Shown: piece after piece, positions 1-12,032 of the stretch
Layout: every line of letters begins with the position of its first letter
Numbering within the stretch: position 1 is the first letter of the stretch
DNA from: Dimorphilus gyrociliatus
Lineage: Eukaryota > Animalia > Annelida
Assembly: GCA_904063045.1 (NCBI GenBank)
Contig: CAJFCJ010000007.1
Coordinates: 3,665,404-3,729,403, forward strand
DNA length: 64,000 nucleotides
Reading direction: 5' to 3'
Position numbers and translations under genes: made by a program
Notes under the pieces: generated by a model
Databases searched by the model: none
Seen by the model: the letters and a program-made list of their open reading frames with translations, nothing else
What the model was told of the DNA's origin: nothing

Positions 1-971
1 TCGCCGTTTTCACTTTATTCTTTACCACAATACTAGTCGTTGTTCCACGTCTGTGCACCGCGGCAACACCCTGTTGCATCTGTTTGCATAATCAGTCTAA
101 TTAGGTTTGCATATTTATAGATAAATTTTTCTCTTTCTTATTTTTTCATAAATAATGATTATTTTTACTAAGATTAATAATTTGACGTTCAGAAGCTAAA
201 CAAAGAGAGAAGAGCGCTACTGTAGTGTACTTAATTTACGGCTAGCCTACGGCAACACTCCAATCAAGCGTGATTAACATCATTTTAAACATCCCTTTTA
301 CTTTACTCTCTTCATCTAAATGCAGTGTACCATGTCAGTGTACACACAAATATACTAGTGTGTACAGTGACTTGTCTATTATTGTATACACACGCGCTCA
401 CTGTTCCTTGCGGTTGTTTGTTACGCAATATAAGGAATAAATAGGCGTCGGTTCAAAGAAGACGATCGCTCATCCTGACCGTCAGATGTCGGATAAACGT
501 CGTGTTCTTTGATATGACAAAAATTCATTAAATATGCACAACACAATATCTTTATAAAGACAGCTTAGAAGGATATAGTATATATTACTACATATTTATT
601 TATACACAATGCTTATTAACACTGTTTATATAGATTATTTTTATTGTTTATTATTATAAACAATATGTATTTCTCATGGAAATTTGTGTTAAATTGAAAT
701 AACAACCGCATTTGATTAACTTAATATCTATTATGTCAAAGGGTTTTTTTATCATATATAAGCACATTAAATCTATGGCTGTAGGTAGATATAAATATGA
801 ATACAAATACATAAAGTAAATCAATTTCTTGTTTTATATATATAAAACCTGGCTGGATAAGAGAGTTCTTGGAAAAAGAAAACACTTTTACGCACATACA
901 CGCACACATATATTCTATCTATATATATATATTAAGATATAATATGTACAATAGTGGTAAGAATTGCTTAC

Positions 972-1802
972 TTGCGACATTTGTGGATGAATTCCGTCGT
1001 TGTGTTCATTTATTGAGCCAGTTGCTGGGGATACGCCGACGTTAGGTCCTGTAGCTACTTGATCAGTACAGTAACCAGAGTTCAGCGGAACTTGTATATG
1101 GGTATGTTGACAATCCACAGTCGAATTGTCCGTCATAATATCAGGAATGTCGAGGTTGGCGGGCGGAAATTGCGGGGTGCAGTCTGACTGCAACAACTCT
1201 TCCAAAGACCCATACGGTGGCAGATCTTCCACCTGAACTACGGCGTTCATCTGTTGTTATATAAAAAAAAGAGGAATGAAAGAGATAGAAGAGAGAAAAA
1301 AAGAGCAATTAATCTGAATGTTTTCTCTACAAATTAAATTCCTCGTGCCGACAATAAATCTGGCGCCGAGCCTGTTTTTTTTAGGACACTTTTTATGGCA
1401 ACTATACGTTTATATATAAACTAATAAATACATAAATAAATATTGAATAAATCTGTAATATGTTAAGTTTTATTTGTTATGATAATCAGAAGCGTGTTAG
1501 GAGATGATTAACCTAATTAAATACGAAGTCGACTGAAAGAATTCGCGTGCGTCTAAAATAGAGAAGGCAAAGGAAAATTTTTTTCCTATTTAATCACGCC
1601 AGCCGTCGCCGATCGATAATCAATCAATTTATAAAGCCACTTCGATAATCCTTTAACAACTAGAAAACAGTAATGGAATTTAACGGAGATAATCCGAATA
1701 GAAAATATTTTTAGTGGAACGTTCCGCATATATATTTTATAGGCGCGCGCAATTTGTCAAACAATAATAAAAAGGTCGTGAGACCGACCAGATGTATAAA
1801 TC

Positions 1803-1852
<50 letters not shown>

Positions 1853-4102
1853 CAGTATATTCATAAGCTTATATTCCAATATACTCTATTTTCAAATATA
1901 TATTTATATGTATATATATATATAGTTATTAAACATGATATTATTTCATTAGTATATTAAATTTATCGCCTTTACTAGCATTTACTATTTATATATACAT
2001 ATTACATTATTAATAGATATCCATATAGTGCATAATATTAATTAAGGTTATACTAAGGTTAAATGAACACACGAACCTGTTGTTGACTATATTGATAATC
2101 GCGAAACATTGCTGGCATACGATGAGGCATACAGTACGGTTCATAACGGACAGAATGCATAACTTTGATATATTAAATCCACTTGTTCCGCAACGATTGA
2201 CGGTTCTGCCGATTCGCTACTTCAGCGCCACCTAACGATAGGCGGAGCTAAACGAAATGATTCAACCAATCAAATTCGACGAGTGTATCAAACGTAATAG
2301 TACTAAAAATTGTTCCTAACGGTAACGCGCGCATCCCTTTTCATCTTGTTACGTCACGATGACCGTCAGCTGGACACTTACTTCAAACAACAAATGCGCT
2401 ACTATACGAAGAAAAAAATTTGGGAAACAACCTTTGTTTGCCTTATGATTAGGCTGACAAAATGAGATTTGTGTTGCGCCCCTCTCTTCCCATTATCTTG
2501 AAAGATGGCATCGTCGTTCATTTCGTCCAGCCTAAATGGATTTAATGCACGTCCTCGTTGCCATAGAAATACGCGAAATGTCCCAACGATAAGCCGTACA
2601 TAGTTATATTGATTTATAGTTTGATTGCGCTGTTTGTCGTTGACTGATTGAAGTACGGCATCGAAATTAGGACTATTGTTCCGTGTATAGCCAAATATTA
2701 TACATAGGCAGTCATTTTTCTTTCTTTGCACCGTAAATATCGATTGGTAATGAACAGCACGCAAACAGAACGTAATTAACAGTTGTCGTTCTACAGATAA
2801 AAAGAGTGAAAAAAAGAAAAAAAGGAGTGAAAGAAAGAAAGAAAGAAAACGAATAAGAGAGAGAGAGAGAGAGAGAGAGAGCGAGTGAGAGCGAGAGAAG
2901 AGAAAGCGCGCGCGCTCTAAGAGTGAGAGAGAGAGAGAGAGAGACGGTAAGAGGGAGAAAAGAAAAACATCTACAGAAACTCTATTAAAAAGACTTTTAT
3001 AAAGGACGCAAAACAGAATTAGTAAAAGGGAACTTTAAAGAGAGACAGACAGACAGAAACAGAGGGGACATGTCATAAATAAAGACATACAGTAAAATAT
3101 AGACTCCAGTTGAGGGGGTTAAGAGAAGATATGTAGACAGAATGAAATCATACCGACGCGATATAACGATCATATTTCATACGTATTTTACGCTCTGAGC
3201 TAAATACATTTCTCTATTTACTCACTCAATACAAAGTCAATAATATTAATAGTATAACGCGAAACAATGTTTCGCTAAACGAATTTGTAATTAGAGACGT
3301 TGGGCGCGAAAAACGAATCTAATCGCTTTATAATCTCGGTGTTTAATTCTCTTCAATTAGGTCGATATTTAGAAGAAGACGAATAAAAGGGCGAAATGTC
3401 GTCAAGTTTAAATACAATAGCCTCAAATTTTACAAAGCAAAATATTGTTGCAAATTCCAACACGCACCTGCCAGAGGCGGATAACACGGATTTTTTTCTC
3501 CTAAATAATTCTTTGCCATCCTCCTCTTCCAACCCCTTTTTCTTTCAAAAAAAGAAATATAACTCTCCTATTAAATTCAATAATTTCGAACGTTTCAACA
3601 ATAAAAAATCTCGGAATAGTAATATTGATATCAAGCAATATATCGTACGTCGTCTCCTTCATTCAACATTGACACTTCCTAGTCGCATTGAAGCGTCAAC
3701 AAAGTTTTGAATAGTTCACACAGCGTGAGTCCAATATAAGCCTTGTATAATAATTTCAATGAAAGCCCGACCAATTAGAAACCACGTGACCCTCTAACCC
3801 TTAATATGCCCTATGCGCATCATTTTGTCGACATTCTACGGGTTTTCTTCAACTTTTCCAACAACGTAATCAATAAATTTTGCTTGCAATACAGACAAAC
3901 AGACAAAACGCTACAACAATGGGCGAATCGCAATCATATAATAGTCGCATTCAATAAGCAAACGCAATAATACCGAGCTGCTCTTTGCATGCAAATTCAA
4001 TAAAACAAATTGTATTTTAGTTCTAATTAATCTGATAGATGCGTTATTAAATTATACCTGGGTGAACGGTACGGAACCGGGATCCGGATTTTTCGTGTTC
4101 AT
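972..4102 (-). CDS. Unidentified protein, partial (5' coding exons; the gene continues toward or beyond position 1)
   Basis: Exon 972-1250 (MNAVVQVEDLPPYGSLEELLQSD...HPQMSQ) is bounded by a pyrimidine-rich acceptor (aacag|ATG) and a donor (caa|gtaagc). A phase-compatible upstream exon 4058-4128 (ctgcag| ... ATG at 4102, MNTKNPDPGSVPFTQ|gtataa) joins in frame. A probable non-coding first exon ends at the donor aag|gtaag at 6619. No domain recognised. Confidence 0.45.
1804..1844. repeat. (TA)n microsatellite
   Basis: Pure TA run read directly from the sequence. Confidence 0.95.
2856..2944. repeat. Compound (GA)n microsatellite
   Basis: Two GA runs interrupted by gcgagtgaga...gcgcgcgcgc. Confidence 0.9.
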
Positions 4103-6779
4103 AATAACTCCAAAATAATTGCCAATTCCTGCAGGACATTTAAAAAAAAGTAAATAAGAGATAAAGAAGGCATGACGTCACAGTTCATGAATAATACCAA
4201 TCGCGCGTGCTGGCGTGACAAACTATTTCCCCTTAATTACTCTACGACGTCATAAAAGAGAAGCCAAACAACCTTAAACGGATTGCAACTTGAAACAATC
4301 CGAAATAAATCACTCGAACGCATTCTTCAGTCTTCGAGAGAGCGACCTTCGTAAGTTATATATACCAGTAAAAACGGAAGGTGAGATAGGAGAAAGGAAA
4401 TCTTTTGACATGACAGCCTGCCGCAATTTTACCTTGCTATTTGGACAAGATGATTGCGCAAATAATCATTTCAGAAGGGAGTGAGAGAGACGTTTCTAAA
4501 ATTGCGCAACAAATTTTTTTTTTTTTGCGTCGCTACGGAAAAAAATGACACATTAGTCACGACGCTCAAACATCTCTGGAGACGCTGTTTAACTAAACAC
4601 TTCATTACTTTATGTCATTCTCTACAAGTCTATATCATTTATCTTTTATGAAGGAAAAAATCTCATATTCGATCTAGAAATCGTAGAAAAAGAGATAAGA
4701 ATTATCATTTTTCATTTCTTTATTATATACAAACTAATAATTGTATTAATTTCTTAAAAAGTATACGTATAGCGTCTACGAGCTTTGGAAGGAGAAGAAA
4801 AGAGACTGAATGCAAGTACAAAGCAGATGAATGAGGAATAGCGAAACAAAAAAAGTTAATCATAAAGACGAAAGCAAAGTCATCTTAGCGGATGAGTTTG
4901 TTTTATACATTTTGACAAGAGTATATGCTTATTTAAATAATTGTGTATAGCATACGTGCGCATATCTAATAATGTGTTTGTGGGGGCTAATCCCGTAGCA
5001 AAGTTGTCACCTAAGGGTCACCTTCGACAGATGCGACTCTTTCATATCAGGCGTCCGTCCCGCAATATGTTTAGAGAAAATTCCGCCTTGTAAGTTCATA
5101 ATTTTCCGCCTGAAGGGTCGTCGTACAGATAAATTACTTGTACGCAGTAAATGGAAGGGCGAAGGAGAATGTTCATATCTACAAACAAGCGAAAACGCTG
5201 ATTGCTAGTGACGTCGAGTAGCGTTACTGATGGGTTTTTTTCGGCTAGGGCCGCGTCACCTTTTGACCATCTCATCATTGCCGTATACGTCTATCGCGGC
5301 GCGTCACAAATAATCAACACCAATCATCTATCAATCACTAGACGCCCGACGTTCCCGCGTTTTATATGCAATTAGACGCTACTTTCTTCTTACGTCCGAA
5401 TGATATGGATTTTCGTTCATCGCATACCTTCTAATGTTACACAAGGAGAAGAATCGATTGGCAGATTAAAGTTTGCAATATAAAAAATGAGAGTTTGCTT
5501 GATCAAAGCATTCAGAGTATAGAGTTGAAGAACACAAAGAGCTTGATGATGTAAAAGAACAAAGCTAGAGTCATCCGGTTTGAGTTCTTTGAAGGTGTGC
5601 TTATCAAAGCCGTCTAATACACGCTTCTTTTGATATGGATAACGGCTTCTAATGTACTCATTAAGTCATCATTTTAGCACTAAACAACGCCGTTAAATGC
5701 GCCATAATCTCACCTACCTACATATGTTCAAAAATTTACTTGAAAAGTGTGTTCAACCACCGTCTGAGATTGACCCCTCATAAACTTTGCCCATAAATAG
5801 CCGGTGTATAACTACCAGTCGTCGAACAATAGCATCACATTAGCTAATTACTTAAAGCTTTCGCGCGCACTAATCACTGCCCACTTCTCATTTTACCATA
5901 GGTTTCCCATACCGCTTCATTACACATCGTCCCAAATTAAGAATACGTTTGTATTTGTGCTCTGCCGAAGGCTGTTTATGTTCCTTCTCACTCACCATCC
6001 GTTCAAACACAAAAAAATCAAAGAAATTGTCGTATTTCTTTTCCATTCAAGCTTATAAAATATTCATTCTCCTTCGTCCAACCGCCGTGAAATTGATAAA
6101 GAAAAGCGTCGTGCGCCCCTTAATTACAGGCCACCGTCGATGGGCAACAATTGAAATAGAATGTTAAAAGCCGGCTCGACCCCATAACAGGTGGCTAGCG
6201 GCGGATCCCTTTTACCTTTAAATTAAGCCTACGGCAACTAAATATCTTTCTAGATATATAGATTAGATAAAAGTGGATGAGAACACGCAATAAAGTGAAC
6301 AAATCGCGCGTCAATCACCCTACTCGACTCTTCCGTATCACGCGATCGAGCAATCGCATTAGAATTGCGCAACCGGCAATACAAACTCGTAACATTTCAT
6401 AATCGATACTTTATCTTTACGGACATGTAGTAGCGAGTTACGTCAAATTGTCTAATGTAGTAAATATGCAAATTAGTCCAAACGAAAAGTTGCCCGACCG
6501 ACATGAGACGCTCACTCACCAGATGGCGTGCAACCACGAGGATCTTCCGAAGTAATCACCTCATTTCAGATAACTCTTATAGCTGAATTTTACGAAGAAA
6601 CGTTATAAAAAAACTTACCTTTATATGGTGTCACTCTGTGTTTTCTTTAATAGTTACTCTGTTCTATGTAAATGTATTTTGTTTCTATCGTCGTTCTGCT
6701 TGCTATTACTGTAGACGGGTTAAAGATCCGTCCTGGAAACCAAACCAGATAGTCTGCAAGCAGAAACCGTAACCAGTTT

Positions 6780-6860
6780 TCAACACCGGAACTTCGTCAC
6801 AGGATGTTGATAACTTTTAGCGCATGCGCAATGCGTGGCTGAACGGGAAGGTAGCCTACG
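6780..6860. promoter_or_regulatory. Probable bidirectional promoter between the unidentified minus-strand gene and RAB3IP
   Basis: ETS-like CCGGAA (6786-6791) and a perfect NRF1-type palindrome GCGCATGCGC (6820-6829). They lie between a minus-strand first-exon donor (6618) and a plus-strand 5'UTR intron of RAB3IP (about 7017-7068). Confidence 0.55.
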
Positions 6861-7144
6861 AAATTTTTTAAAATGGATTTTCTTAATAGCCTTTAGATGT
6901 CTAGGCCCCGTTGGAATATTAGCTAATCTTAAATAATTTCTTCATATTCTATTCTATGCAAAAATATTCTGGAAATCTTTTCTCATAAAAAGAATAAGAA
7001 GACAAAAAAATTAAGGTAAACTTGGTACAGGCAATTAGGCAATGCGCACGACTTTATTTAATCAACAGGTGAACGCAGTCGCTTTAATTATTGCATGCCG
7101 CCTTTTCAACGCACGCCCGCCCGCATGTTGTAAAGCTCTCTGTG

Positions 7145-8866
7145 ATGGATGAAACATATAATGAGCAAGTGTGCTGTATAAACCCACCTGTTGAAACAAT
7201 AATCAAAACAAATATGCCCTCAAACCCTAACGATTCAATCGTTAAAAGGAAACCGATTGGTTTAGCAATCGATAATGAATCGTTCGAAAAAGTAAATAAG
7301 CATCGACGTAGTTCTGTGCCAACCACGCCCTCAGCTCCTGACATCGTCATAACGAGTGCAATGAATGGTGGAAACGACTCTTCGTCCGAGTAAGTTCTAC
7401 AGAAAGAATTAATTAACGCATGAATTTTTTATTCAATATCCACAGGCATGAACAACGCCGACCCAGAGCTAGAAGTTCATCCGTCCAAGTTGCGAGCGAA
7501 GTGTCCAATATTGAGTTACGTGAAGAGCTTATAGCTGCTCGCCATGAATTGGAACGACGAATAGCGAAAAATGAAGAATTAGAACGGGTTCAAGAGCAAA
7601 TGAATGGGGAAGTAACAGAGTTAACAGCCTCTCTATTCGAGCAAGCAAATAAAATGGTTCAGGAAGCTAATGTTAAAAGGATGCAAACTGAAAATGAACT
7701 AAAAGCCGCTAACAATAAAATAGAAATGTTACAAGCCGAAGTCTCCGCCTTGAAAGCCCTCGTAATTACTTCAACTCCAGCAACTCCAAATAAACACTTA
7801 CATCCTCAATTGGATGCATCAGCCCAAGCCTCTCAAAAACAGGCTACACCGAACAAATTTGCCAAGAAAAGTGGTTTTGTCAAAACTCACCGAAGATCGA
7901 CAAGCCATCATCAATTTACTCGTGATGAAATGTCAGCCGTTAATATTAACTTGATTAAGCCTAGTTCAGAGGCAAATAGAGAACAAAATGCCAATGAAGA
8001 AAATCGTAACAATGAAGATTGGGGTGTAAGTAATTGTTTATTGTTACGACATAAGATTAGCAATAAATTATTATAAACTAAAGCTACTTTATGTATAGAC
8101 AAAAAAAATAGTATACTAATTCAAATATTTATTAATAGCAAGCAAAAAATCAAAGTACAAAATGTGTTTTGTTCTAAATAGATCGATCCAGTATACTTTG
8201 ATGAGTTTAACAATTGGAAAAAATCTCCTAAATTAGACGATCGTAACACATTTCTCGGTCGAATTGCAGACGAAGATATTCTACCATGTTTAGATTTTGC
8301 AAACAATAAATTATCTCAAAATATACACTGGGTATGTTATTATTTATAGAGAGGAATGTTAAATGAGAATTTGAAAAAAAAGTAGAATTGCAATTGACTT
8401 TTGTTTTCCTTTCCTCCTTAGTCAATTAAGAAAAACACGATGGCAATAGAACCAGTACCGGACAGAAATCCCCTGCCCAGAATGTGTTCGTTAACTGAAA
8501 GGAATAATATTTGCAAATACAGAGTTCGGTTAGGAGATAACGAAGAATGGCATTATGTTTCCAAATTGGCTAGAAATAGGGTCATTATAGTTATTTTGAT
8601 GGCAATTTAACAGCCATTCATATCTTTAATTTTTTTTATAGATAGCCGCCGTTGCTGATTTCTACACTTACATTCGTTATATAACATTGGGCCTAGTGAA
8701 AAGTCAAGGTAAAATTTTATTATATAATAGATTTTATCTTCTTTGATTTTTATTGTTAGTAGTAACAAATTGTTTTTTATCACTTTAAACAGATGCAGAA
8801 ATGTTTCAACATGTAATGAAACTCCGAAAGCAGATGTGTGTTGCACGTTTAGGTTACACCATTTAG
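7145..8866 (+). CDS. RAB3IP: Rab-3A-interacting protein / Rabin8 (Sec2 family Rab8 GEF)
   Basis: Six exons in consistent phase: 7145-7389, 7446-8025, 8182-8331, 8422-8580, 8642-8708, 8793-8866. Contains the Sec2 coiled coil (ELTASLFEQANKMVQEAN) and the C-terminal motifs EDILPCLDF, CKYRVRLGD, VADFYTYIRYITLGLVK and MKLRKQMCVARLG. Confidence 0.93.
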
Positions 8867-9572
8867 AAACAGGCTTTATTATTAGAATACTCACATGTTT
8901 GTGCCAAAGTTTTTCTACTTAACTTCTTATTTCATGAGATAAAAAGACAAAATATGAGCTTTGTTTCCTTTCACAAAAGAATTATTAACTAGATTTTGCT
9001 AAAATTTTCTAGTCGTAATGGTGCGTAATCTTATTTTTTTATCAAAAAGAAACAGCATAAATTACAAACAACAATATTTTTTAGATAAACTAGATAGAAT
9101 TTTGTATGCTAGTATTTACTTAAAACTTGCTTAACCATTGGCATATTTAAAACAAAGTTAATAGCACATGTGTCGCATTATTGTCGATTAAACCATTGGA
9201 CAATTTCAACATAATGTACTAACCAAAATTTTTACATCTGCTCTATTCAAATTCGTAATCGTGTGAAGTCTCTTGAGTATGATTAATTAATTGTTCTTTA
9301 TGTAATCCAATTGTACTTTTTATTTCACTTTTTTTCATGAAAATTGAAGAGCCTTTTTACATTAAATAATGTTATCATCCTGTTACGAAAGGTCTTAATG
9401 AACTATGTCGAACTTAATGACTGCACTTTCCACCTTTTATATTACCTAATCTTGCCGCTATATTCGACTTTCATCTAGTTTTAAAAAGCATTTAGAGAAA
9501 AATTGCACAAATTTCGAGAAAGCATGTTAATAATGCTCTTCTTGGCAAGATTCGGGCGTCTTCGAGTGCCTT

Positions 9573-9818
9573 CTAAAGTGCCATCGAATGATCATTCTGC
9601 TTCATAAAAACAAGTTGGAATTTCAAAGCGTTAAAGATTTTGTGACTAAGCAAATTATCACCGTATTCTTTGCCTTTGCATGACAGGATAATTTCTCCCA
9701 CCTAAAGAAAACGATTCAATTAGACTATATTATATAATACAAAGAATGGAATTTAATTAACATTTTTTACCTCATCGTTTATTCCCAAACTCTCACTTAA
9801 AAAAAAGAAGATAGACAT
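9573..9818 (-). CDS. Possible 58-aa orphan ORF in two exons
   Basis: ATG at 9818, donor gag|gtaaaa at 9770, acceptor ctttag| at 9702, stop at 9573-9575 (MSIFFFLSESLGINDE|VGEIILSCKGKEYGDNLL...). No recognisable homology. Confidence 0.3.
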
Positions 9819-10005
9819 TCTACATCCGTTTTATAAGCATATCGACGTATTATCTAAGCTGAGTCATGATATTTTCAAACTTTGAATTACCCAATATAGA
9901 ACAAAACAATAACAATAAAAGAACAATACACTCAGGAAATAATAGAGATAAGGAGCTAAAAGGAAAAAAAAAGCAACTTATAAGTAAACAAAGAGACAGT
10001 ATATT

Positions 10006-10627
10006 ATGAATGTTATTAAATTAATAATAAAAAATCTATTCTATGTATTTATTCTATAGAAATTATGCTAATTAGATAAATTTATTTGCAGTCTTTTAAA
10101 GTAACATATAAGAAAGGGAATCAAAAAATAGAGAATTGTATTGCAGAGAAAACCATAGTTAATTTGACGCCTTGTATAAGGATTGGAGATTCAAAAGAGG
10201 AAATATTCTTTAAGGCAATGTCAGCTATACATATAACTAAAGATGATAAGGATAATAGATTGATCAAATTTGGGATGCCAGTTAGTTTTCCTTCTCCTCT
10301 GTTTGATATATTTTACATAAATATATATAAATATCTGCGTCATACAAACTAAATATATATTTATTATTATATTTTTTTTATGAACAAAATAGGATAATGA
10401 GTTCCATCTTAAATTTAAGAATGAAAGAGATGCTGAAAATTTCTATAAACTTGCCATTAAAGGTTACAATTACGTTTTCTTACGTTGCTGCCGATAGTTG
10501 ACTTATTTCTTTTTTTTTTTCTGTCCTATATACTATGTAAAATACAGACTCCGGGCCGACTATCACTTTTAGCTTTACCAATCTTCGTGTAGCTTGCTTT
10601 GATTTCTTCGGAGAGATAAAGGAATAA
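10006..10627 (+). CDS. Orphan protein of about 126 aa, possibly a PH-like fold
   Basis: Four exons with canonical sites and matching phases: 10006-10044, 10092-10280, 10393-10462, 10548-10627. The sequence is beta-rich and followed by a helix-like FKNERDAENFYKLAIK segment. The fold call is inference only. Confidence 0.6.
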
Positions 10628-11297
10628 AGTATTAGTTTCGCTGATTCCTTCGATAAAATGACTGCATTTCCATGTTTTTATTAGAAAACGAATATCCTAG
10701 AATCACATATCATCTTTTGGAATCTTTGTACATAGAGAACGTTGAATTTTGAAATCGAATCTTTAATGAATATCTTAATTATAATATAAATGTTCTAAAA
10801 GCTAACTTAGAAAACATAACAATAAAATCAGAATGAATATATGTTTATTATAATATTAAGCGTATTTGTTTGGAATTATTACCCGAAATTTAGATAATAA
10901 CCCTACTTTAGGCACGATTACTTCAAAAGAATAATGTAATTAGAGCGATAATATTTAATTCTTTACGTTACTCCCACTATGTTGACGATTCCCAATGGAA
11001 TCTTGTTTGAAATGGGAACCATTATAATCATAAATTAACTCATTTAAGATTTCAATAATTATTATCCCTCGTGAATCAGCATAAAAGAAAATTTGGATAA
11101 CTATAAAGATAAAATCCCTTTAGAATCCCCTAGAGTGGTGATTAGTTTTGGGAATTTAGCCAAAACATAATCTATCTTTTATGTATATTTAGATAGATTT
11201 TAACCTATTAAATTTACCTCTTGCTTTGTTTTTTTTTTTAAAAAAATATCTATAAACCATAAAAAAAAAAAATAATTCCAGTTATAAGAAAGCAAAA

Positions 11298-11403
11298 AGG
11301 CTCTGGAGGGATTCGAACCCTCGATCTCCTGTTTACAATATCTAGTTTACTTGTTGTAAATACTTTACTAGACAGGCGCTTTAACCAACTAAGCCACAGA
11401 GCC
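11298..11403 (-). tRNA. trnT-AGT: tRNA-Thr(AGT) with a 32-nt intron (11334-11365) at the canonical 37/38 position
   Basis: Perfect stems: acceptor GGCTCTG/CAGAGCC, D GCTT/AAGC, anticodon CCTGT/ACAGG, T GAGGG/CCCTC with a TTCGAAT loop. Anticodon AGT at 11369-11367. A and B boxes are intact, the discriminator is T, and an oligo-T Pol III terminator follows immediately. Confidence 0.93.
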
Positions 11404-11998
11404 ATGTTGATATTACCAAGTCAAATTTAACGTTTAGAAAATAACCTTTTAAATATAGATTCCACTTTTTATGATGTAAACATTTATACTTTAAAAAATA
11501 TATATTATCAAATAATAATAGATATAAGCCTATAATTATATAAATATTCAATAGGAACAATAGAGTGTTTATCTTCCTTTGTCTTTCGTTTGCCGCTAAT
11601 AAAAAAAGAAGCATTTTCTATAAACGTTATAAATATATATGTGCAAATGGGTTTTTTCTTGTTTTTTCTTGTTTTTACTTTTATCAAAGAAGAAGATTAT
11701 TTTAACTAAGAAACTTGATCCTTAATTAAATTAATTATAACTTATTAATTATGATAATAGCTTTTATTTAGAAACTGTCTTTGCCGGAAGCTTCAAAATA
11801 AAGAGATTTGCGTCAGGAAACCTTATGCTACGATATTGGAAGTAAGTTTGTTTTTTGTTCATCTCTCGTGCAATAATATTAGAAATTGGGAAAATTTCAT
11901 CTTCTTATTTCTTTCATGAATGAATTCTTTCTTTCTCTCTCTCTCTTTCTCTTGTCCTTTCATTCTCTATGTATCTGTTGTTTCTCTTTCTCTCTTTT

Positions 11999-12032
<34 letters not shown>

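Noticed and set aside
1754-1960. YI-repeat ORFs here and at 22790-23110 and 23942-24124
   Set aside because: Translations of (TA)n microsatellites and low-complexity DNA.
244-6238. Exact 13-mer AGCCTACGGCAAC at 244 and 6226 (RFX half-site-like)
   Set aside because: Only two copies of a short word and not a full X-box; could be chance or an ordinary TF site.
11334-11338. Second Thr anticodon-like TGT-AA at the 3' end of the tRNA intron (dual-anticodon idea)
   Set aside because: Canonical splice geometry and the anticodon-intron pairing both fit AGT, and no alternative cloverleaf with a correct loop places TGT at 34-36.
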